A stretch of DNA of 13,802 nucleotides from Bacteroidia bacterium. Lineage in GTDB: Bacteria; Bacteroidota; Bacteroidia; AKYH767-A; OLB10. The DNA lies in assembly GCA_016788065.1 (NCBI GenBank), contig JAEUTI010000041.1:1-13802 (forward strand), written 5' to 3'. Both the position numbers and the translations under genes were made by a program. Below are positions 1-6,207 of this stretch, piece after piece (within the stretch, counting starts at the first letter, position 1; each line of letters opens with the position of its first letter). The notes beneath the pieces were generated by a model. That model searched no databases and had not been told where the DNA came from. It worked only from the letters and a program-made list of their open reading frames with translations.

Positions 1-69
1 ACCCACTGTAATTGCTTTGTGCTTCATTAAAACGCGAAGAATAGCTCTATCGTTCTGTTGTTTTTCCAT
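1..69 (-). CDS. 5' end of a gene running off the left edge (23 codons seen: MEKQQNDRAILRVLMKHKAITVG). It may be the N-terminus of a winged-helix/HTH regulator.
   Basis: Hand translation of the reverse complement. ATG at 69..67 and open to the window edge, with an in-frame TAA upstream at 99..97. The ILRVLxxHxxIT pattern resembles HTH N-termini, but 23 aa is too short to classify. Confidence 0.3.
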   Translation of the reverse strand, partial: MEKQQNDRAILRVLMKHKAITVG

Positions 70-145
70 GATTTCAGACACTTTTTCAGTGCTGTTTTAC
101 TCTATTTAAGCAGAAAGGTTTCACGAATCCAGCTCTTCACCGATT

Positions 146-396
146 GGCCCATTCGACAAGCTCAAGAGCCTATTGAGACTCACTATTCATTGATAATCTT
201 ATTTGGCCCTTGAGCCTGTCGAAAGGGCCGAATTTCTGCTATTCATTGTGCTCTTGATGGGCCCCTGAGCCTGCCGTAGGGGCCATATTTCTGCTATTCA
301 TCGATACTCTTGACAGGCCCCTGAGCCTGCCGCAGGGACCATACTTCTGCTATTCATCTAAACTCTCATCTGGCCCCTGAGCCTGTCGCAGGAGCC
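146..396. repeat. Cluster 1 of the hairpin-repeat family. It has five 25-nt hairpins (146-170 with inverted loop; 205-229, 260-284, 316-340 and 372-396 direct) at 55-59 bp spacing, separated by a conserved linker containing TTCTGCTATTCAT.
   Basis: Units read directly: GGCCCTT-GAGCCTGTCGA-AAGGGCC, GGCCCCT-GAGCCTGCCGT-AGGGGCC, GGCCCCT-GAGCCTGCCGC-AGGGACC and GGCCCCT-GAGCCTGTCGC-AGGAGCC. The linker motif TTCTGCTATTCAT is at 234-246, 289-301 and 345-357. The T/A to C/G change in the stem is compensatory. Confidence 0.9.
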
Positions 397-468
397 ATTT
401 CATGTCTCTGAGAATCGCTTAAACGACTCCTCGAAACTATCTATCCCCGTATACGTTCTAAAAACACT

Positions 469-792
469 ATGAAAACGATCAATTCTGAAGGTGAATTTAG
501 GGCAATTACAGGGGCGTCAGGCATTGTTTTAGTCGACTTTTATGCGTCCTGGTGTGAACCCTGTAAATGGCTCGATTCTATCCTGGAATCGATCAATTCA
601 TCGATACCTGAAGGATCCTCTATCTTAAAAATCGACACTGAACTGTTTTCCGATCTGGCGACTGAGTTTGAGATCAGGAGCGTTCCGGTGCTTCTTTTAT
701 TTGTAGATGGTGAAGTCGTTTGGCGGATGAATGGATTCAAAACGGGACCAGAATTATTGGAGGTGATGCAGACGTTTTCACGTGGAACATGA
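469..792 (+). CDS. Thioredoxin-family protein (107 aa) with an atypical WCEPC active site
   Basis: The DFYASWCEPCKW motif matches the Trx WCGPCK context except for Gly->Glu. The cis-Pro region SVPVLLLF and the GxxxG-like C-terminus are present, and the length is typical. Stop codon is TGA. Confidence 0.85.
   Translation: MKTINSEGEFRAITGASGIVLVDFYASWCEPCKWLDSILESINSSIPEGSSILKIDTELFSDLATEFEIRSVPVLLLFVDGEVVWRMNGFKTGPELLEVMQTFSRGT
775..788. promoter_or_regulatory. Palindromic motif copy b (TTTTCACGTGGAAC), overlapping the last codons of the thioredoxin gene
   Basis: Matches GTTyCACGTGrAAC. The 13-mer TTTCACGTGGAAC is identical to the reverse complement of the copy at 2280-2293. Confidence 0.25.
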
Positions 793-976
793 TTTTCATT
801 TTTCATGTCCTTTCCAACTTTATGTTAAATTGACATTCCAACTTTTCAAACGGAGTATTCAAGATTGGTTTTATTGATTTTTATACCCGTTTTCTCTGAT
901 TTTCCCCTTTTCATTTATTTCCGAGTTTATTAAATTTATTTAATAATTGATTTTATTTTCTTTTTTGAAAATTTGA

Positions 977-990
977 GTTTCACGTGAAAT
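977..990. promoter_or_regulatory. Palindromic motif copy c (GTTTCACGTGAAAT); the core TTTCACGTGAAA is a perfect 12-bp palindrome
   Basis: Read directly. It lies in the AT-rich spacer between convergent genes. Confidence 0.3.
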
Positions 991-1148
991 AATAATTTTT
1001 ATAAAAAACTCTCACTTTTGTTCCATGTGTTTTCTTTTAAATAATATTTTCTCAAATTTAATTCAAGATAGATCTGAAATGTAAAAGAAAAACGATTTTG
1101 ATCTGTTTTTAGCCACTTTTTATGTGGCGACTATACAGAATCTTAATT

Positions 1149-1287
1149 GGCCCTTGAACTTGACGTATGAGCTGTAGGTTTTCTGGAATTGAAAGATAAT
1201 TCTGGCCCCTGAGCCTGTCGCAGAGGCCGAATAATTTCTGCTATTCATCGATAAACTAAGTTGGCCCTTGAGCCCGTCGAAAGGGCC
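1149..1287 (+). repeat. Cluster 2 of the hairpin-repeat family: three copies at 1149-1173 (degenerate), 1204-1228 and 1263-1287, with the same linker (TTCTGCTATTCAT at 1236-1248)
   Basis: GGCCCCT-GAGCCTGTCGC-AGAGGCC followed by GAATAATTTCTGCTATTCATCGATAAACT, then GGCCCTT-GAGCCCGTCGA-AAGGGCC. Same orientation as the direct copies in cluster 1. Confidence 0.85.
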
Positions 1288-1296
1288 GTTAGATTT

Positions 1297-1316
1297 GTTT
1301 CACATGAAACATGTGA
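1297..1316. promoter_or_regulatory. Palindromic motif copy d (GTTTCACATGAAAC), overlapping a second inverted repeat TCACATG-AAA-CATGTGA
   Basis: Read directly. It matches 11 of 12 positions of the 978-989 palindrome core and lies about 75 nt beyond the 3' end of the methyltransferase gene. A TAGATTTG (TAnnTTTG-like) box sits at 1290-1297. Confidence 0.25.
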
Positions 1317-1383
1317 TAAAGTCTGATGAAAAAATGGAGTCCGAAAAGCTCCGATAGGTTCCTGGTCGAACAGGAAGAAAAGT

Positions 1384-2286
1384 CTACATCTTTTCTACGA
1401 TGTAGATTAGCGAGGTGTAATTGTTCACTTTTTGAACGCCTGCAATGTTCGTTCGTAAGCCGTTCCAAAAAGCTTTCACGGGATTCATGCTTCCGGTCTT
1501 GTATTTTTCGCTCAAAAGCGACACGTAGAACGAATCGAATACCATCGGCTTAACATCAACGACCTTTAGCTGATGTTTTTCGAGCAACTTTTCGACTGTT
1601 TTTTGAGTGAAATGGTAAAGATGTCGTGGCACATCCCAACCTCCCCAGTACTTGCCATAGATTTGAGCATCTTTTGATTCAGCATTTGGTACTGCGATAA
1701 CCATTTTTCCCTTTTCTGAGAGCAGACTTCTCAGTTGGGCCATCGTTTCATTCAACTGATGGATGTGTTCCATCACATGCCACATGGTAATAATGGAAAA
1801 TTGGCCTTTTTCGAGGTTATAAATGGTCTCTGGTGAGGTAATTTCAAGCTTATAGTTGTCGATTGCCTGCTTTCTGGCCTGTTCACTGGGCTCAATTCCC
1901 CTGGCTTGCCACTTATTTAGCTGCATTACGTTCAAAAACTCGCCTGTTCCGCATCCATAATCGAGTATAGTGCGTTTTCCGTCGACTAAACGCATCATTA
2001 AGGCGACTTTTTTAGCTATTGTATAGTGCCGAACCTGCTTATAGATGTTATTTATGAGTCCTTTTGAGCTGTTACTATGGGAAATATAGACCTCTGACTC
2101 ATAATATGGGCCTATATACTCGCTTTTTGGCCTCGGATTGGTGAAAAGGAATGTACAGTTGTCACATTGTACAATTTTAAAGGGTTCCTGACTAATGCTG
2201 TAGTCGTTCAAATCCATGAAATTGGTGAGGTTTTGAAGGCCACAAACGGGACAAGCAACAAGGGTTTCGGTTTTGGTAGGTTCCAC
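1384..2286 (-). CDS. Class I SAM-dependent methyltransferase with an N-terminal 4-Cys zinc-ribbon (300 aa)
   Basis: Motif I is ILDYGCGTGEF. The downstream acidic and hydrophobic motifs (ARGIEPS, IITMWHVMEH, GKMVIAVPN) fit the Rossmann methyltransferase fold. The N-terminal CPVCG...CDNC forms the zinc-ribbon. GTG start, TAG stop. Confidence 0.85.
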   Translation of the reverse strand: MEPTKTETLVACPVCGLQNLTNFMDLNDYSISQEPFKIVQCDNCTFLFTNPRPKSEYIGPYYESEVYISHSNSSKGLINNIYKQVRHYTIAKKVALMMRLVDGKRTILDYGCGTGEFLNVMQLNKWQARGIEPSEQARKQAIDNYKLEITSPETIYNLEKGQFSIITMWHVMEHIHQLNETMAQLRSLLSEKGKMVIAVPNAESKDAQIYGKYWGGWDVPRHLYHFTQKTVEKLLEKHQLKVVDVKPMVFDSFYVSLLSEKYKTGSMNPVKAFWNGLRTNIAGVQKVNNYTSLIYIVEKM

Positions 2287-2293
2287 GTGAAAC
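2280..2293. promoter_or_regulatory. Palindromic motif copy e (GTTCCACGTGAAAC, reverse complement GTTTCACGTGGAAC), overlapping the GTG start codon of the methyltransferase
   Basis: Read directly. The central CACGTG contains the start codon (2286..2284). Confidence 0.3.
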
Positions 2294-2548
2294 TAGGTTT
2301 AAGTTTAATGAAGTAAAGGTCAGTAAAAGGACCAAAAGTGTGTAAGTCCCTTCAATTATTTTATTAATAGTGAATGGTTTATAACTTTTTTCGTAGATTT
2401 TGGATGGGCAGGAGGTATGTGTGGAGTTCCGGAAGAAATGGGGTAGACCAAGGGACCTGTTTTATTAAAAGACCCCCTGATTGGTGAGGTGTTTTGCCTA
2501 AAATATTGGTTCCGAAAGGATGTTAATTCAGGAAAAAGCTAAACGGAA

Positions 2549-4420
2549 TTACCGTCCCATGTGGACCATTAAAATGGAAATATCTGAAGGCGAAACACCG
2601 GAAATACGGGAGGCCTGACCAAGCGTAATTGGCTTGATTTTGGTGAGTTTTTGGCGGGCTTCTGAAGATAAAGATTGAATTTTGCTGTAGTCATAATCGG
2701 CATCCAGAGCGATATGTTCGAGCTTATTCATCTTGTCAACCATGTCTTGTTCCTTGTTAATATAGCCTTGATATTTCATTAAAATTTCGGCTTGCTCTAC
2801 AACTTCTTCAGCATAGTTTTTCAGTTTTTCCTCTAAAAAAGGAACGCCAGCACGGAGCTCAGGTATGCCTAATTGTGGTCTGCTAACAACGTTTACCAGC
2901 TTAATTTTTTGACGGATTGGCTCCGTTTCATACTGCTCTAAAACAGGGTTAACCTCATCCGGAGAAATACTGGTTTCTTTGAAAAATTCAATGATTTCAT
3001 TGGTTCCGGAAACTTTTGATTCAACTTCCCTAAACCGGCTTTCTGATGCCAGTCCGAGGTGATAACCTAAAGGAGTTAACCTTATATCGGCATTATCCTG
3101 CCTTAGAATGGTGCGGAATTCAGCGCGCGAAGTGAACATTCTATACGGCTCATCGGTACCCTTTGTAACCAGGTCATCGATTAATACACCTATGTAAGCA
3201 TCCGAACGCTTTAATACGAAAGGATCTTTTTCGTTTAATTTCAAATGGGCATTAATACCGGCCATAAGTCCTTGACAAGCAGCTTCTTCGTAACCGGTGG
3301 TGCCGTTAATCTGACCAGCAAAATAGAGGTTTTCTACATTTTTGGTTTCTAAAGTAAGCTTCAATTGATCCGGTGGGAAATAATCGTATTCAATGGCATA
3401 TCCCGGACGGAACATCTTCACATTTTCGAAACCGGGAATTAGCTTGAGAGCCTTTAACTGTACATCTTCCGGAAGGGAAGAAGAAAAGCCATTCACATAA
3501 ATTTCAACGGTATTCCAACCTTCAGGTTCAACGAAAAGCTGATGACGATCGCGTTCCGCAAAGCGACTAATTTTATCTTCAATAGACGGACAATATCTCG
3601 GACCTAATCCCTGGATTCGGCCGGTGAACATCGGTGATTTTTCGAAACCCGTTCTTAAAATTTCATGAACCGCCTCGTTGGTATAAGTAACATGGCAACT
3701 TCTTTGAATTGCCGGAGGTGCTGTATTTGTAAATGAAAACTTCCCGGGGATTTCGTCTCCCGGTTGTTCTTCCATAAGATCATAATTCAACGAGCGACCA
3801 TCGAGGCGGGGAGGTGTTCCCGTTTTCATCCGGCCACTGGTAAATCCTAAAGTCAGAAGTTGCTCGGTAATTCCTATCGATGCTTTTTCTCCGGTGCGGC
3901 CACCGCCAAAGCGTTTTTCTCCTATATGAATGAGTCCGTTTAAAAAAGTTCCGTTGGTTAAAACCACCGCCCGCGAGCGGAATTCTATGCCCATGCCGGT
4001 GACAACACCGCAAACTTTACCTTTTTCAACAAGCAATCCACTGACCATATCCTGCCAAAAATCGACATTCGGTGTTTGCTCGAGCATCAGTCGCCATTGT
4101 TCTGCAAAAAGCATCCGGTCGTTTTGTGTCCGTGGACTCCACATTGCCGGACCCTTCGAACGATTTAACATCCGAAACTGAATCATGGACCGATCGCTCA
4201 CAATTCCCGAATAACCTCCGAGTGCATCAATCTCCCGAACAATCTGTCCCTTCGCAATACCGCCCATGGCGGGGTTGCACGACATCTGAGCGATGGTTTG
4301 CATGTTCATGGTCACCAAAAGTACTTTGGAACCCATGTTGGCCGCCGCCGCTGCAGCTTCGCAACCGGCATGTCCGGCACCGACTACAATTACATCGTAA
4401 GAAGGGAATAAGGTTGACAT
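2549..4420 (-). CDS. mnmG: tRNA uridine 5-carboxymethylaminomethyl modification enzyme MnmG (GidA), 623 aa
   Basis: Canonical FAD-binding N-terminus [16 protein letters not shown], plus conserved blocks [32 protein letters not shown] and a C-terminal helical domain. I place the start at the ATG at 4420 ([14 protein letters not shown]) rather than the ORF-track start at 4522. The 34 extra codons are translated hairpin repeats. Confidence 0.96.
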   Translation of the reverse strand: MSTLFPSYDVIVVGAGHAGCEAAAAAANMGSKVLLVTMNMQTIAQMSCNPAMGGIAKGQIVREIDALGGYSGIVSDRSMIQFRMLNRSKGPAMWSPRTQNDRMLFAEQWRLMLEQTPNVDFWQDMVSGLLVEKGKVCGVVTGMGIEFRSRAVVLTNGTFLNGLIHIGEKRFGGGRTGEKASIGITEQLLTLGFTSGRMKTGTPPRLDGRSLNYDLMEEQPGDEIPGKFSFTNTAPPAIQRSCHVTYTNEAVHEILRTGFEKSPMFTGRIQGLGPRYCPSIEDKISRFAERDRHQLFVEPEGWNTVEIYVNGFSSSLPEDVQLKALKLIPGFENVKMFRPGYAIEYDYFPPDQLKLTLETKNVENLYFAGQINGTTGYEEAACQGLMAGINAHLKLNEKDPFVLKRSDAYIGVLIDDLVTKGTDEPYRMFTSRAEFRTILRQDNADIRLTPLGYHLGLASESRFREVESKVSGTNEIIEFFKETSISPDEVNPVLEQYETEPIRQKIKLVNVVSRPQLGIPELRAGVPFLEEKLKNYAEEVVEQAEILMKYQGYINKEQDMVDKMNKLEHIALDADYDYSKIQSLSSEARQKLTKIKPITLGQASRISGVSPSDISILMVHMGR

Positions 4421-4424
4421 GGTG

Positions 4425-4432
4425 CAAAGGTA
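4425..4432 (-). promoter_or_regulatory. Possible Bacteroidota -7 promoter box (TACCTTTG, matching TAnnTTTG), 4 nt upstream of the mnmG ATG
   Basis: The reverse complement of CAAAGGTA matches the published Bacteroidetes sigma-A -7 consensus TAnnTTTG. Its position would give a leaderless or near-leaderless mRNA. A single match in AT-rich DNA is weak evidence. Confidence 0.25.
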
Positions 4433-4437
4433 GTAAT

Positions 4438-4508
4438 CTGGTTCGACAGGCTCACCAGGCCCTTTCGACAGGCTCATGGTCCTGAGTCCTTTTGACAAGC
4501 TCAATGGA
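4438..4508 (-). repeat. Cluster 3 of the hairpin-repeat family: three back-to-back copies (4438-4458, 4458-4482, about 4486-4508) in opposite orientation and without the linker
   Basis: CTGGT-TCGACAGGCTC-ACCAG has a different 5-bp stem but the identical 11-nt loop. The others are GGCCCTT-TCGACAGGCTC-ATGGTCC and a degenerate TCCTT-TTGACAAGCTC-AATGGA. Confidence 0.85.
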
Positions 4509-4566
4509 ATACACCAGGGCAATAAAAAAAGCTACCATTAAATTTATTTATCACTTTAAATTCCAC

Positions 4567-4595
4567 AAAAAAAGCCTCATTTAATGAGGCTTTTT
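4567..4595 (-). terminator. Rho-independent, structurally bidirectional terminator downstream of the 509-aa gene
   Basis: Stem GCCTCAT/ATGAGGC (4574-4580 and 4584-4590) with a 3-nt loop, flanked by A7 and T5. On the minus strand the hairpin is followed by TTTTTTT, 38 nt after the stop. A 9-bp inverted repeat TTCCACAAA/TTTGTGGAA (4561-4569 and 4611-4619) brackets it. Confidence 0.8.
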
Positions 4596-4632
4596 CATGG
4601 AATGTCTGTCTTTGTGGAACGGACACAGATTA

Positions 4633-6162
4633 TCAAAGATAATTTACCTTTTCTATTCTGCTTGTTAATGTTTTTTTCTTTTTGTAATACTCCACGATGT
4701 TAACATAACCGGGTTTTGCAGGATGAATCCATATATTGGTAGCCGTTGAGTTTATGGCAAATTTGTTGGTGGAAATTTTCAAATCTTCATACATAATTAC
4801 ACCTAACATTAAGTCAGCCTTTTCTCCATCCGATTGTTTTCTATCGCTATCCTGGAAAATTGCGAAATAGCGGTTTCTGTTGTCGGTAGATGCAAATTTG
4901 AAATCAAACCCTCCCAAAGATTTAATATACATGGCAAGAGCTGCAGAGGAAAGGTAACCAGCTCCTGCTGGTAGCGGACACCTTGTCTTTTTCTTTTCAA
5001 TCACCGGGTAATTTTTAATCTTAAAGTCTTTGTCAAATTCCATTACAACCATATTTTTAATAGTCATCTGAGAAGCACCTGATTGACCTTTCGACAAAAC
5101 AGCTCCGGCAACACCAAGTCCGCTGACAGTTTTTTTATACTGTTCGCCAATAGCTACAATGCCTCCGTCTGGAGACTGGTAAACGGAATGAACAAAAACT
5201 CTTGGGAGTTCATCTTTATCATCTTCATCCATCTGTCCTTTAATAACTTTTTTTACATCACCGTCCCACGATATATTGCTTAGAATTTGTTTCTGGCCGG
5301 AAGCATTGAGTACAAGTACGTACATTCCTTTGCTTTTGCTTTTTAGCATGTCTTCACCAGGTGCATAATATTCACCTACCACCTGAAATTTCCCTTCAGC
5401 TTCATTAACAAGTACATTTATAGCTGACATTTCACTGCTTTTTTCCTTTAATGGATATTCAAAGATTTTTTTCCCGTTTGTTGCATCAACAGCTATCAGA
5501 AAACCATCTCCGTTACCAGACATGAGGTTTTTCTTTTTTACAACATTGGCTACAACATATTTTGATGATGAGTAAACGATATCAGCCATTTCAATCATTT
5601 CAGAATTAGGGTCGGAACCAAATTTCCAAATTTGTTTAAAAGTATTATCATAACCGTTTAGAATATAACCGTACTTATCGTTTTTCAACATACTCATCTG
5701 CACGAATCCATTTTCAGACAACGGAAAGATGGTCACATTGCCCGTCTCTTCATCACTCTTTAATTGTTGATCGATACGCATCAGTTCCATTCGTGATAAA
5801 TCATCGAACACTTTTGAACCTAATTTTTTTCCTGACTTGTCGTAAGTTAAAAACTGCATTTCTCTTTTATTCGGGTGATAAAAAGTAAGCACAAACGCCT
5901 TTCCATTGAAAACCATTTCCAATAAACGACTGTTTCTTTGTTCTATAATATCGACCGTTTTAACAGAGTTGCAATTGTCGTCCATCAACTCGAGTTTGTA
6001 CATGTCGTTGGTCTTGTCGGCTTTATCAAATCGGTAGAGCGCATAATATCCGGCGACATTGTCCATTTCTTTAATGTACCCGGTACTGTTCAGTGTGATT
6101 TTTGTTGCCGATTCAAATTGTTTAGTGATTTGTGCATTGGCCGTCATGGTTAGTGTCATCAA
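4633..6162 (-). CDS. Hypothetical protein (509 aa as tracked), probably secreted, family not recognised. The 5' end is anomalous (see findings).
   Basis: Long uninterrupted ORF with beta-rich, Lys/Asn-rich composition and a TGA-TAA tandem stop. The ORF-track start is TTG at 6162 and the first ATG is at 6159. An upstream in-frame ATG at 6195 would complete a signal peptide but is cut off by a TGA. Confidence 0.7.
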   Translation of the reverse strand: MMTLTMTANAQITKQFESATKITLNSTGYIKEMDNVAGYYALYRFDKADKTNDMYKLELMDDNCNSVKTVDIIEQRNSRLLEMVFNGKAFVLTFYHPNKREMQFLTYDKSGKKLGSKVFDDLSRMELMRIDQQLKSDEETGNVTIFPLSENGFVQMSMLKNDKYGYILNGYDNTFKQIWKFGSDPNSEMIEMADIVYSSSKYVVANVVKKKNLMSGNGDGFLIAVDATNGKKIFEYPLKEKSSEMSAINVLVNEAEGKFQVVGEYYAPGEDMLKSKSKGMYVLVLNASGQKQILSNISWDGDVKKVIKGQMDEDDKDELPRVFVHSVYQSPDGGIVAIGEQYKKTVSGLGVAGAVLSKGQSGASQMTIKNMVVMEFDKDFKIKNYPVIEKKKTRCPLPAGAGYLSSAALAMYIKSLGGFDFKFASTDNRNRYFAIFQDSDRKQSDGEKADLMLGVIMYEDLKISTNKFAINSTATNIWIHPAKPGYVNIVEYYKKKKTLTSRIEKVNYL

Positions 6163-6207
6163 TCATGCTAAAACGTGTGTCAATTTTGTTTTCATTTGTG
6201 TATTTGG

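Noticed and set aside
205-396. CRISPR array: 25-nt palindromic repeats with 30-31 nt intervening sequences at a 55-56 bp period
   Set aside because: The apparent spacers are homologous to each other (all share TTCTGCTATTCAT and more). The repeats themselves vary, and the same repeat-plus-linker unit recurs elsewhere (1204-1262). No cas genes are present. This is a tandem duplication of a composite unit, not spacer acquisition.
793-1140. Replication origin, since mnmG/gidA is classically oriC-linked and the region is very AT-rich with short repeats
   Set aside because: I found no clustered DnaA boxes (TTATCCACA/TGTGGATAA). The best matches are isolated partial ones such as TGTGGCGAC at about 1122. 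There is no dnaA or dnaN nearby, and gidA-oriC linkage is not general in Bacteroidota.
146-1287. Integron-like cassette structure, with trx flanked by imperfect palindromes resembling attC sites
   Set aside because: There is no intI integrase, no GTTRRRY core sites, the hairpins are far shorter than attC sites, and they occur as multi-copy tandem arrays rather than one per cassette.
1359-1376. Hairpin TTCCTG-GTCGAA-CAGGAA, 7 nt after the methyltransferase stop, as a terminator or a further degenerate copy of the repeat family (it contains CCTGGTCGAA, compared with CCTGTCGAA)
   Set aside because: No T-run follows it on the minus strand, and the similarity to the repeat core is only about 9 nt with an indel. 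That is too weak to call either way.
540-1553. Antisense ORFs 540-806 (-) and 1326-1553 (+)
   Set aside because: They overlap the thioredoxin and methyltransferase genes on the opposite strand and have Ser/Arg-rich shadow-ORF composition with no motifs.
3780-4485. ORF-track entries inside or antisense to mnmG (3780-4013, 3930-4181, 4072-4485, 4227-4427)
   Set aside because: They lie entirely within a highly conserved gene, in other frames or on the other strand. Their Arg/Ser/Cys-rich composition is typical of out-of-frame translation.
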